A DNA stretch of 64,000 nt from Chitinophagales bacterium (GCA_046329815.1 JAXLTY010000001.1:869471-933470), one strand, 5' to 3'; shown: positions 10,813 to 20,397, counted from the stretch's first letter. Notes: generated by a model from the letters alone, not told the origin. Numbers and translations: made by a program.

Positions 10813-12279
10813 TTATTTATTCAGATTATTAAATGTTTCTTGCAATATTGCCTTGTCATCAAATGGAAATTTCACACCATTTATTTCCTGATATTTTTCG
10901 TGTCCTTTTCCAGCTAATAAGATGATGTCTTTCGGTTGTGCAAGATTCACAGCTACTTTTATCGCTTCTCTTCTATCAGCAATCGTCATCACTTTATTAC
11001 AGTTATGCGCCGGAACGCCAGCTTGCATTTGTTTCAAAATGTCATCTGGATTTTCGTTGCGCGGATTATCAGAAGTCAGAATTACTTTAGTTGACAATTC
11101 GCTTGCGATGTGCGCCATATCAGGACGTTTGGCTGCATCACGATTGCCTCCACAACCGACAACCGTAATTACATTTTCGTTTCCTGTGCGGATTTCATTT
11201 ATAGTATCTAATACATTTTTTAATGCATCCGGTGTATGCGAATAATCAACAATTCCGATGATCTTTTGTGTTGATGAAATCTGATAATCAAATCTTCCTT
11301 CAGCACCTTTCAATACTGATATTGCAGCTAACGCTTCCTGCTTTTCCATTCCAAGTAAAACACAGATTGCATAAATCGTCAATAAATTATACGCATTGAA
11401 CCGACCAATCATTTGTGTATGTACATCGATATTGTCACATTGAATTACTAAGCCAGAAAAAGCATTTTCTAAAATTCTGAAACGAAAATCTGCTAATGTT
11501 TTGATTGCGTATGTGTATCGATTTGCGTTTGTGTTTTGCAACATCACTTCACCACGCTTATCATCAATATTCACTAATGCAAAAGCATCTTTTGGAAGAT
11601 TGTCAAAGAATTTTTTCTTTGCATAAATATATTCCTGAAATGTTTTGTGATAATCTAAATGATCGTGCGAAATGTTAGTAAATGCTGCACCTGTGAACTG
11701 TAAGCCGGCAATTCTATCCTGGTCAGCTGCGTGCGAACTTACTTCCATAAATACATAATCACAACCAGCATCAACCATTTTTTTTATCAATGCATTCAGT
11801 TCAATCGGATTCGGTGTTGTATGCGTTGATGGAATTACATCATTATTAATTTTGTTTTCAATTGTTGAAATTAATCCAACTTTCTCGCCTTTGTTTTTAT
11901 AGAGTTCGTACAACAAAGTAGCAACTGTCGTTTTTCCGTTAGTGCCAGTAACACCAACCAGTTTTAATTTTTTTGATGGATTATCATAAAAATTACAAGC
12001 CATTAAAGCGCTTGTTTTGCGCGCATCTTCTACTTGTATATACGTAATATTCTGATTTTTTTCTGATGGAATTTCTTCACACACGATAGCAGTTGCGCCT
12101 TGTTCTATTACTTTTGAAATAAAATTATGACCATCAGAGTTTACACCTTTTATAGCAAAAAATAAATCATTACTTTCTATTTTGCGTGAATCTAATTGCA
12201 AAGCATGTATCGAAATATCTATTGAACCAATGATTTGTTTTGGCTGAATGTTGTTTAATATTTCTTTTAACGTTTTCAT
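10813..12279 (-). CDS. murE: UDP-MurNAc-L-Ala-D-Glu--2,6-diaminopimelate ligase
   Basis: GVTGTNGKTT P-loop and a DNPR motif (TSDNPRNENP) indicating meso-DAP specificity. Confidence 0.9.
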   Translation of the reverse strand: MKTLKEILNNIQPKQIIGSIDISIHALQLDSRKIESNDLFFAIKGVNSDGHNFISKVIEQGATAIVCEEIPSEKNQNITYIQVEDARKTSALMACNFYDNPSKKLKLVGVTGTNGKTTVATLLYELYKNKGEKVGLISTIENKINNDVIPSTHTTPNPIELNALIKKMVDAGCDYVFMEVSSHAADQDRIAGLQFTGAAFTNISHDHLDYHKTFQEYIYAKKKFFDNLPKDAFALVNIDDKRGEVMLQNTNANRYTYAIKTLADFRFRILENAFSGLVIQCDNIDVHTQMIGRFNAYNLLTIYAICVLLGMEKQEALAAISVLKGAEGRFDYQISSTQKIIGIVDYSHTPDALKNVLDTINEIRTGNENVITVVGCGGNRDAAKRPDMAHIASELSTKVILTSDNPRNENPDDILKQMQAGVPAHNCNKVMTIADRREAIKVAVNLAQPKDIILLAGKGHEKYQEINGVKFPFDDKAILQETFNNLNK

Positions 12280-12289
12280 TTTATATTTT

Positions 12290-14389
12290 CTAATTCAAAG
12301 TCAATTGTATGTAACTTCCCTTAATTATTGATGTTCCGGCCGACAATGATTGACTCATTACTTTTCCTTTTCCGCTAAAGCCAACTTTTAAACCAGCATT
12401 TTCCAATAAATAGATTGCATCATCTAACAACAAACCTTTTACATTTGGAATTTTATTCGTATCAAAATCGACCTTTGCAATTTTCTTCTTATTGGTGCTA
12501 TCTGTCTTTAACATAGCAAAATCCCAATCTTCTTTAAAATCAAATTTGATATGTGTTCTTTTGTTGATGTTTTTCAATACATCTATTGAAGCAGTAATTA
12601 CCGGCATCGGCTGGTTATTGATTGTAGAATCTTTATTGATAGCTTTATTGGATTTGATATTTGATGTAATAATTTTATCAGCCATTATTCTAAAGATCGG
12701 TGCAGACACCGCGCCGCCTGTAGTCAACATACCTTGCGGTCCGCCAACCACTACGATACATGAATACAAAGGAGCATCAGCCGGAAAAAATCCAACAAAC
12801 GACGATAAATTTTTATCGGTGTAACCACTGCTACCTGCACTCATTTTTGCAGTACCTGTTTTTCCTGCAATACGATAATGTGAAGTAAAAATTCCACGAC
12901 CAGTTCCGTTTGGATCTTCCACTACACGCAACATAATTTCTTTTGCCCATTGCGCTGCTTGTGGTTTGCAAATCTTTACCGTGTTAGCTTGTGGCTTATA
13001 ATCACGAATGACTGTACCATTATCCAAAACCTGTTGTACTAAATATGGTTTTACGCGCGTTCCGCCGTTTGCAATTGCATTGTAAAAAGCTAAGATTTGT
13101 AATGGTGTAAATTTTACTTCATAACCATGTGCCATCCAAGCCAAAGACATGCCACTCCATTTGTCGGGTTTGTTTATGTATGGTTTCGCCTCGCCTTTTA
13201 AATCAATTTTTGTTGTATTCGTTAAACCAAACTGCTGCAGCTTATCATAGAATTTTTGCTTATCATCACCATAAAATTTATTGATCCATTTTGCAATAGC
13301 AACGTTGGAAGAAATTGCCAATGCTTTTCCAGGCGTTAAAAAGTTGTATTGCGTATTGTGTCCGTCATCCGTTAATACTTTACCGCCAAACACTGCGCTT
13401 GCATGATTTGTATTTACAGAATCCAATGGTGTAATATAACCATCATCAAACAATGCCAAATAACCGGCGGCTTTGAAGACAGAACCTGGTTCATTACTTA
13501 AACCTAGTGCATAATTATAAATTTCTGCATAGCCGTTGTCTTTAGTTTTTCCAAGATTTGCAATAGCTTTTATCGCACCTGTTTTTACTTCCATCAAAAC
13601 AGCGCAACCAAATTCTGCCTGGTATTCTGTTAATTTTTGCTGTAATGTTGTTTCTGCAATATCTTGTAATCCTAAATCAATTGTGGTGATGATATCGTAT
13701 CCGTTTTTCGGTTCGATTTGTCCTGTTGATTTTAATGGAATCCATTCGCCGCCGGCAATTTTTTGTTTTAATAATTTTCCTTCCACACCGCTTAATAAAG
13801 AATCAGCCGCTTCTTCCAGGCCAATGTCTTGCGCATTTTCACGAATCAAACCAATAGTTCGTTGTGCTAAAAATCCAAATGGATTTTTTCGTTCCTGGTG
13901 CGTTTCTACGATCAAACCGCCTTTAAATTTTCCTTCGCGAAACAGCGGCCATTCTTTTATTTCTTTCAATAAAGTATAATCTGCTTTTGCACATAATGGA
14001 TAATATCTTTTCTTTTGCTTGCGTGCTTTTATTAACTGGCGTTTGTATTCTTCGATGGAACTTTGATTAAAGTTCTTCCACATGTAGTACGCTAATGAAT
14101 CAACATTACGTTTGAAGATCTCATCTTTCATTGCCTTTGACGCGAAATCGATATGCAATTCAAAATATGGAACAGATGTTGCCAGCAATTTATCATCTGC
14201 TGAATAAATGTTGCCGCGCTCTGCCGGAATATCAAAGACGTTGGTAGTTAAAGAGTCTGCCAAAGATTTCCAATAACCATTTTTATACGTTTGTATCTGA
14301 TATACTTTACCTAACACAGCAATGCCAAAAAGACAGCAAAAGCCGCCAATCAGGTAAATGCGAAATAGTATGTTAGACTTTATATTCAT
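12290..14389 (-). CDS. ftsI: Class B penicillin-binding protein / septal transpeptidase (FtsI-like)
   Basis: SVFK, SSN and KTGT transpeptidase motifs; N-terminal TM anchor; sits between ftsL and murE. Confidence 0.9.
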   Translation of the reverse strand: MNIKSNILFRIYLIGGFCCLFGIAVLGKVYQIQTYKNGYWKSLADSLTTNVFDIPAERGNIYSADDKLLATSVPYFELHIDFASKAMKDEIFKRNVDSLAYYMWKNFNQSSIEEYKRQLIKARKQKKRYYPLCAKADYTLLKEIKEWPLFREGKFKGGLIVETHQERKNPFGFLAQRTIGLIRENAQDIGLEEAADSLLSGVEGKLLKQKIAGGEWIPLKSTGQIEPKNGYDIITTIDLGLQDIAETTLQQKLTEYQAEFGCAVLMEVKTGAIKAIANLGKTKDNGYAEIYNYALGLSNEPGSVFKAAGYLALFDDGYITPLDSVNTNHASAVFGGKVLTDDGHNTQYNFLTPGKALAISSNVAIAKWINKFYGDDKQKFYDKLQQFGLTNTTKIDLKGEAKPYINKPDKWSGMSLAWMAHGYEVKFTPLQILAFYNAIANGGTRVKPYLVQQVLDNGTVIRDYKPQANTVKICKPQAAQWAKEIMLRVVEDPNGTGRGIFTSHYRIAGKTGTAKMSAGSSGYTDKNLSSFVGFFPADAPLYSCIVVVGGPQGMLTTGGAVSAPIFRIMADKIITSNIKSNKAINKDSTINNQPMPVITASIDVLKNINKRTHIKFDFKEDWDFAMLKTDSTNKKKIAKVDFDTNKIPNVKGLLLDDAIYLLENAGLKVGFSGKGKVMSQSLSAGTSIIKGSYIQLTLN

Positions 14390-14409
14390 TCTTTATAATT
14401 ATTGAGTAG

Positions 14410-14461
14410 CGAGTATGCAGTATGCAGTGCCTGTTTACTGCATACTTTTTACTGCCTACTT
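14410..14461 (-). repeat. Heptamer-based intergenic repeat/hairpin element, copy 1, in the ftsL-ftsI spacer
   Basis: cgagtatgcagtatgcagt...tactgcatactttttactgcctact. Forms the stem agtatgcagt/actgcatact and is about 90% identical over its core to a second copy at 40789-40840. Confidence 0.5.
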
Positions 14462-14875
14462 TTATTCAAATGTTCCTTTTGGTACTTCAATTTTTTTTGG
14501 TGCTTCCTGTAATGATTTTAAACCATACGGCTCTACAATTTTTTGTAATTCTGATTGTTTACTTTTTTGATTCATGATCGTCTTTTCGGTCATGTATTCC
14601 CAACGCAATTCTTTAATGTTGTTTTCCTTTTCGGTGATGCTTCTGTTTAAACGAACCGCAAGATGTGTATTGAAAATCTCTACAATACCAATAAATACTA
14701 TGGCTACGACAAATAAGAAATTATGCATTACCTGTGCATACGAAATCCATTCATCGATGCCGAAGAAGCGCAAAACTGATTCGATCAATTTTTGGAATCG
14801 ATTTCGTGGTTTTGTTACTTTAGCATTTTCTGCTTCCGTAATTTGTGGTTCTTCTATTTCCGGTTCTTCAATCAC
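14462..14875 (-). CDS. FtsL-like small bitopic cell-division protein
   Basis: 137 aa; one TM helix (FLFVVAIVFIGIVEIF) followed by a coiled-coil-like segment; conserved position between rsmH and ftsI. Confidence 0.6.
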   Translation of the reverse strand: MIEEPEIEEPQITEAENAKVTKPRNRFQKLIESVLRFFGIDEWISYAQVMHNFLFVVAIVFIGIVEIFNTHLAVRLNRSITEKENNIKELRWEYMTEKTIMNQKSKQSELQKIVEPYGLKSLQEAPKKIEVPKGTFE

Positions 14876-14920
14876 TAATTTGTTTTTTGTACTTTGGTCT
14901 TGTTTAACTCTCTGTCTTTT

Positions 14921-15826
14921 CTATAGCTTCTCTGCAATTCTGAGCTTTGCGCTTCTTGCTCTTGAATTAATTTTCAATTCTGCTGCGCTGGCTTCGATTG
15001 GTTTTTTCGTAATTACTTTTAAATGATGTTCAAAATTTCCGTAGAGATCTTTTTCTGGCTCATTCTCAAAATTTCCATGCTTCATAAAATTTTTCGTTAA
15101 GCGATCTTCCAGAGAATGATAACTCATAATCACCAATCTGCCTTGTTTATCTAAGATTTCCATTGATTGCTGCAAAAATTCTTTGATCGCATTTAACTCA
15201 TCGTTTACTTCAATTCTAATTGCCTGAAAAACCTGTGCATAATATTTTGCATCAATTCCTTTAGCTACAGTTTTACATACATCAACTAAATCTTTCGTAG
15301 TTTCAATTGGTTTGATTTGTCGTTCTTCAACGATCTTTTGTGCTAATGTTTTTGCATTGATGACTTCGCCATAAAAACCCAAGATGTGTTGCAGTTGCTC
15401 TGCGCTATATTCATTCACTACATTCTTTGCGCTGACACCTTCTTTTCGATTCATACGCATATCGAGTTCTGCATCAAAACGTGTAGCAAAACCGCGCGAT
15501 GGTTCATCGATCTGGTAAGAAGAAATTCCAAAGTCCGCTAAAATGCCATCAATTTTAGTAATGCCATACACTTTTAAAAACTTTTTCAAGTGACGATAAT
15601 TTGCCTGAATCAACGTGAAGCGTTTATCATCGATTGCATTTCGTTTTGCATCATCATCAACATCGAATGCAAACAGTTTTCCGTTTTCATTGAGTTGTTC
15701 TAAAATTTTTTTAGAATGGCCGCCACCGCCAAAAGTCACATCGACATAAATTCCGTTTGGCTTAATGTTTAAACCATCAATACATTCGCTGAGCATTACC
15801 GGTGTGTGATATGAATTGCTCATCAT
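14921..15826 (-). CDS. rsmH: 16S rRNA (cytosine1402-N4)-methyltransferase
   Basis: YVDVTFGGGGHS SAM-binding motif; MraW family; second gene of the dcw cluster. Confidence 0.9.
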   Translation of the reverse strand: MMSNSYHTPVMLSECIDGLNIKPNGIYVDVTFGGGGHSKKILEQLNENGKLFAFDVDDDAKRNAIDDKRFTLIQANYRHLKKFLKVYGITKIDGILADFGISSYQIDEPSRGFATRFDAELDMRMNRKEGVSAKNVVNEYSAEQLQHILGFYGEVINAKTLAQKIVEERQIKPIETTKDLVDVCKTVAKGIDAKYYAQVFQAIRIEVNDELNAIKEFLQQSMEILDKQGRLVIMSYHSLEDRLTKNFMKHGNFENEPEKDLYGNFEHHLKVITKKPIEASAAELKINSRARSAKLRIAEKL

Positions 15827-15838
15827 TATTTTAAAGAA

Positions 15839-16294
15839 CTATTTATTCGCATTTATTTTTGACCAGATTTCGTCAGCCATATCTGCAAAATTTTCCGGTT
15901 CTTTAATATCTGCGTGATATGTTTTACTGTCCCAAATTTCTATGACATCGTGGAAAGCGGTGATCACCACTTCGTCTTTGATGTCAACTGCATCCATCAA
16001 TCTTTTTGAGATCAGGATTCTGTCGTTGCTGTCCAATTCCACTTGTGTTGCCATTTGGTAGAAGTAGCGCAAAAAATCTCTTTCCTTGTTTTGGAAATAA
16101 CTCAGCTTGCTCATTTCCTGCGTAATCTCTGTCCATTGTTTTTTTGGAAACAGGCGCAGGCATTTTCCCATGCCTTTGTTCAAAACGTATTGATTGTCTT
16201 CAGTTTCGCCAATTTGTTGCAAAAGATTAGTAGGCAAACGCAACCTGCCTTTGCTGTCCACCTTTACTTCATAATTGCCTGTTAAACCGATCAT
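15839..16294 (-). CDS. mraZ: Transcriptional regulator MraZ
   Basis: MIGLTGNYEVKVDSKGRLRLP, the first of the two MraZ repeats (second DxKxRL repeat not checked). The ORF-track start (16372) adds 26 non-conserved residues; the internal Met at 16294 gives the canonical 151-aa protein. Confidence 0.85.
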   Translation of the reverse strand: MIGLTGNYEVKVDSKGRLRLPTNLLQQIGETEDNQYVLNKGMGKCLRLFPKKQWTEITQEMSKLSYFQNKERDFLRYFYQMATQVELDSNDRILISKRLMDAVDIKDEVVITAFHDVIEIWDSKTYHADIKEPENFADMADEIWSKINANK

Positions 16295-16324
16295 TTTCCC
16301 AATTTGGAATTTAGTAGTACAAAA

Positions 16325-16353
16325 ATATAAGAAAATTGACACAAATTCCCACT
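16325..16353 (-). promoter_or_regulatory. Candidate MraZ operator: three GTG-type boxes at 10-bp phasing
   Basis: The minus strand reads atGGTagaaaGTGGGaatttGTGTCaat about 35-60 nt upstream of the refined mraZ start. MraZ is known to bind phased GTG[G/T]G repeats in its own promoter. Confidence 0.4.
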
Positions 16354-16504
16354 TTCTACCATATTTTACCAACTATTGAAGATTGAAACGCGTGAAAAAT
16401 GTGCATAACTCAAAAGACAATGTTCGTTAAATGTGGATATTGTGTGAAACGTTCAATAATTATTGAGGTTTTTATCGACAGCAGTTTAGTAACACTTTTG
16501 TGAA

Positions 16505-18052
16505 TTGCGGATAATTTTGGAAAACAATTTGCTGAAATGGCGCAGCTATTCTATTTTGAGCAACAATTTGCTGTTAATTGCATTTAATACTTGTATGGAA
16601 AATCATCCGATTGTTTTATTAGTTCAGAAAATTAATTTGCATTATGCAAAAGAAATCGCTGCGTTTTGGAAAGTGTCTTCAAAGAAAAGAAGTTCTAAAT
16701 TTTATCAATTAATCAGCTCGGCAAAAAACAATGAGCAATTGCAGAAAGAATTACTTTTTAAAAAATTATTTGCTAAGCCATATACAGAAAAAAACGATTA
16801 TTTGTGGCGCAATGAAATCCGCGTATTGAAAGAAGAACTTGAATATTTTTTAATACAAAAAGAACATGACTATTTTTCTAAAAACAATCAAGCATATAAT
16901 GATTGGTTATTAATACATGCTTATGATAAATTAAAATTTACAGATGGCATTGATGAAAAATATGAAACGTTATTGAAAGAAAAAGACAATTACGCTTCGT
17001 ATGCTTTTGTAATGGATGCTTGTTTATTAGAATTGCATAATCTGCATTTTAAAATTTCTGATTTGACTAAACGTTTACATGCTTATCCTGAACAAATTCA
17101 GCAAACCAAGCACGTCTTGAACGATATGATATCTGCATACTGTTCGAAACTGAATGTATATCTTACACATTACAACTGGATATGTTACAACCATCAGCTA
17201 GAACAACGAGAACCACTATTACTGAATGAACATCATTTTATTTTTGAAAATAATCCGATCAGCAATTTTCATAATAATTATGCATTGTCTTTTACAACTT
17301 CAGATGATCCGAATTACTTTGAAACACAAGTTAAACACTTAAATAATGCTATAGAAATCATTGAACCGCTTTACAAGCATAATAAATTATTATTGGAGAG
17401 CCGTTTCCTGGCATTGATAGGAAAAGGTCGTGAATTATCAGCGAATGGATATTTTTTAGAAGCGCACGAAACATTAAGTAAGATTAAAGCTGATGCTGAT
17501 AAACTGAATACACATAACAAAACAATTTTTTATGTGAACTATATTATTAATCTGGTGAAATGCCGGTTTTATAATGAAGCGCTGCATGCTTTAGATCATG
17601 AATTTTCGTCAGATAATTTATTGTATAAAAACATGCTGTTGCAAAGTCGTTTACTTTGTTATTTGTTTTTGCGCGACTCACAACAATTAGAAAAATATAT
17701 CAGCTACGATCTGGATGCAGCGCCATTTCCACAAAACTATGTTTTGAAGATTATCAAGTCGGCATACTTTTATTTAATTGGTGAATATGAAACGGCACTG
17801 TCAATAATCAACAGTTTAATGCAGGCAAAATATGCTACTGATAAGATGCACTATCATCAGCCGATTTCTGCTATTTACAAAAAACTATACACGATAAAAC
17901 AAAAGAATGCTTCGCAAAAAAAGATACCGGTAAAAGATATTAAAACATTACAAAATGCAGTAAAAGCATATGATGATATTGCACCACCTGAATTCAGGCA
18001 AGTATCCGTTTTTCTTTGGTTAAAAGAAGAAATCAATAGAAATAACGAATAA
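16505..18052 (+). CDS. Hypothetical all-helical cytoplasmic protein; paralogue of 59034-60506
   Basis: No signal peptide or TM helix. FAKPYTEKNDYLWRNEIRVL aligns with FKKKYTKNNDMQLRNEMKRL of the second copy at the same offset if translation starts at Met31 (ATG 16595), so the true start is probably 16595. Confidence 0.6.
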   Translation: MRIILENNLLKWRSYSILSNNLLLIAFNTCMENHPIVLLVQKINLHYAKEIAAFWKVSSKKRSSKFYQLISSAKNNEQLQKELLFKKLFAKPYTEKNDYLWRNEIRVLKEELEYFLIQKEHDYFSKNNQAYNDWLLIHAYDKLKFTDGIDEKYETLLKEKDNYASYAFVMDACLLELHNLHFKISDLTKRLHAYPEQIQQTKHVLNDMISAYCSKLNVYLTHYNWICYNHQLEQREPLLLNEHHFIFENNPISNFHNNYALSFTTSDDPNYFETQVKHLNNAIEIIEPLYKHNKLLLESRFLALIGKGRELSANGYFLEAHETLSKIKADADKLNTHNKTIFYVNYIINLVKCRFYNEALHALDHEFSSDNLLYKNMLLQSRLLCYLFLRDSQQLEKYISYDLDAAPFPQNYVLKIIKSAYFYLIGEYETALSIINSLMQAKYATDKMHYHQPISAIYKKLYTIKQKNASQKKIPVKDIKTLQNAVKAYDDIAPPEFRQVSVFLWLKEEINRNNE

Positions 18053-18193
18053 CGCATAGTCAAAAATTTAAATTTAATTGATTGAAAATAAATAAATTAC
18101 AAACATTAAATAAAAAAACTCACTCACAAAATCAAAATACTTCATTTGTCTTCATTTCTAGTTTGATACAACTTTGTATCAAAAAAAATAAAA

Positions 18194-18604
18194 ATGAAAA
18201 CAATACATAAAATAATACCATCGGCTATACTCTTAGTTTTTTTGTCATTACTAAATTCCTGCTCGCAAAATGTTTTAGATGTTGGTGACAGATATAAAAT
18301 AGTTTTTTGGTTTAATGAAGTAAACTCAAGATTACTATTAGATGACAACGCTGAAACCTTAACTTTTTATGTTAATGGCAATGCTGTAGCAACATCTGCT
18401 GTTGATGATGTTTACTGGGAAACAGCACCATCGTGCGATGACAGCAGTGCCATAATTACTCATGCAGACTTGCTTCCTAAAAACAGAACTATTTTTTATA
18501 AAGTAACAGACCAAACCGGTTTTGAATACTTTAACGGTACATATACACTGGTAGCAAATTCCTGTAATGTTATTGAAATCGGACCGGTTACCAAGTTCAA
18601 ATAA
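18194..18604 (+). CDS. Small lipoprotein, hypothetical
   Basis: Signal peptide plus lipobox LLNSC; 136 aa; weak similarity (FYVNGNAV vs LFNGNAL) to the next gene. Confidence 0.55.
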   Translation: MKTIHKIIPSAILLVFLSLLNSCSQNVLDVGDRYKIVFWFNEVNSRLLLDDNAETLTFYVNGNAVATSAVDDVYWETAPSCDDSSAIITHADLLPKNRTIFYKVTDQTGFEYFNGTYTLVANSCNVIEIGPVTKFK

Positions 18605-18639
18605 AATCAATTTTATTTATCACAATAAAAATTACAAAA

Positions 18640-19068
18640 ATGAAATCAATTAAAATTATGTTGCCGGTATTATTACTATTGGCTGCGACTATCAGCACAA
18701 GCTGTAAAAAAGACAAAACAAAAGTACAGACCGAATTACCTTCCAATTATTCGAATCAAGGTACAGTAATTGTAAAAAGTAAAAACATTTCTATCTGTAT
18801 TTATGATAACAGTGTGGAAGATGGCGATATCATTGATTTATTATTTAACGGAAATGCACTGATCAATGATTATGAAATATTGAATACGGAAAAATGCTTT
18901 AATGTTACACTTGAAAACGGCAACAACTGGATCGGTATTAATGTAGATAATGAAGGAACCAATCCACCGGCTTCTGTTACTGTAAAAATTGATGATGGCG
19001 TTACTGAACAAGAGTTCGACATCGATGGTGAAGTTGGTGCGCCTGGTGGCTACATCATTAAACTATAA
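18640..19068 (+). CDS. Small lipoprotein, hypothetical
   Basis: Signal peptide plus lipobox ISTSCKK; 142 aa. Confidence 0.55.
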   Translation: MKSIKIMLPVLLLLAATISTSCKKDKTKVQTELPSNYSNQGTVIVKSKNISICIYDNSVEDGDIIDLLFNGNALINDYEILNTEKCFNVTLENGNNWIGINVDNEGTNPPASVTVKIDDGVTEQEFDIDGEVGAPGGYIIKL

Positions 19069-19126
19069 AATCAAAAACCATACAAAACAAATGTCTTGTG
19101 CAATCCTGCATGCTCAAGACATTTAT

Positions 19127-19153
19127 TATAAGCGAAGCTGCAGTGCTTCGTTT
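19127..19153 (+). terminator. Intrinsic terminator after the lipoprotein pair
   Basis: Stem cgaagc/gcttcg followed by a TTTTTTT run; a second 10-bp stem (aaatgtcttg/caagacattt) lies at about 19099-19134. Confidence 0.45.
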
Positions 19154-19155
19154 TT

Positions 19156-20397
19156 TTATCGGATATTTCTATAATTGGAAATCCATTGATACGCGATAAA
19201 GCCAATAAAATAAGCCGTTCCGATAGTAATACCTAAACCTTCATTAAAGAAACAAGCAATTAAAGCCAGCAAACCAACACCAGCCAAACCGAATGTATAA
19301 TACGTCATAAAACCGACGCGCTTGCGTTCGCTCATTGAATAAAAACGACCCAATGGAATCAATACCGTTGCCGCATAAATAGCAATGTAAACCATCATGT
19401 AATTATGCAACGTAAAATACAACACCACACTTATGATAGCTGTCAGTAAACAAACTGCGACAATATTTGCAGACATCTTTTCATCATCATCTAATGCATA
19501 TTTTCCAAATGAATCGAAACGTAAGAAAATATTTGCAAATGGTTCGATGAACCAGGTTAAATAAGCAAAAAACATCAGCGCAATATATGGAAGCCAAAGA
19601 AAAGAATATTGTGTTGCCAGACCACCAATTACTTTTGTTCCGAAATAAACACCTAAAATAAAAATCCATTGCATGCTGCCTTGTTGTTTTGCAATCCAAA
19701 ACTGATAGTTTAAAAAGAAACGATAAATCGGATTTTTTGTACGAATAATTTCTTTCATACCTTCTTTTGCATGATGATTATTCGGATTTATTTTTAATGC
19801 TTCCATGAAATGCATACGCGCCTCATTTCTGTCGCCAATTTCCAGTTTCGACCAGCCAATATTTGCATGCGAAAACGCATCTTCCGGATTGTTTGCCAAT
19901 GTTTCTTCAATACTTGACAACAACTCTTCTTTGCGGTTCAATTTCGTTAAGCATATGGTTCTGTAATTCAAACAAGTGGTGTTTTCCGGGTCAGCATTCA
20001 AACCTTCATTTGCATATTCCAGTGCAATTTCCCATTTCTTTTTATCTATATACAACGCAGATAAAAACGCGAAGAAATCGGCGTCCAATGGTTCAAGCTC
20101 TATTGCTTTGCGAATCATGGTTTCCGCTTCATTCGGCTTTTCAATCATATTCAGATACACCGCACGATAATAATAGGAAACACCATCATCAGGCGCAGCA
20201 GCTAATAACTTCTGTGTGTATTCATCTTGTTTTTGCTCATCTTTCAGTTGAATATATGTACTCGTTAAAAGCACCAAAGCCACATAATTATTCGGATCAA
20301 TAATTAATGCTTTTTGCAATTCAGGAATTGCCTGATCGTATCTTTTTAAATGAATTAAATTACGTGCGCGCTCAATATGCTGATCTATGATATCCAT
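19156..20397 (-). CDS. TPR-repeat protein with C-terminal 4-5 TM helix membrane domain
   Basis: About 220 aa of TPR-like helical repeats followed by hydrophobic helices (WIFILGVYFGTKVIGGLA, LWLPYIALMFFAYLTWFI and others). Its ATG (20397-20395) abuts the stop of the upstream AAA gene. Confidence 0.65.
   Translation of the reverse strand: MDIIDQHIERARNLIHLKRYDQAIPELQKALIIDPNNYVALVLLTSTYIQLKDEQKQDEYTQKLLAAAPDDGVSYYYRAVYLNMIEKPNEAETMIRKAIELEPLDADFFAFLSALYIDKKKWEIALEYANEGLNADPENTTCLNYRTICLTKLNRKEELLSSIEETLANNPEDAFSHANIGWSKLEIGDRNEARMHFMEALKINPNNHHAKEGMKEIIRTKNPIYRFFLNYQFWIAKQQGSMQWIFILGVYFGTKVIGGLATQYSFLWLPYIALMFFAYLTWFIEPFANIFLRFDSFGKYALDDDEKMSANIVAVCLLTAIISVVLYFTLHNYMMVYIAIYAATVLIPLGRFYSMSERKRVGFMTYYTFGLAGVGLLALIACFFNEGLGITIGTAYFIGFIAYQWISNYRNIR

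Noticed and set aside
16295-16372. Upstream extension of the mraZ ORF (MVKYGRKWEFVSIFLYFCTTKFQIGK)
   Set aside because: Not conserved in MraZ. The canonical start MIGLTG... is at 16294, and the extension overlaps the putative MraZ boxes.
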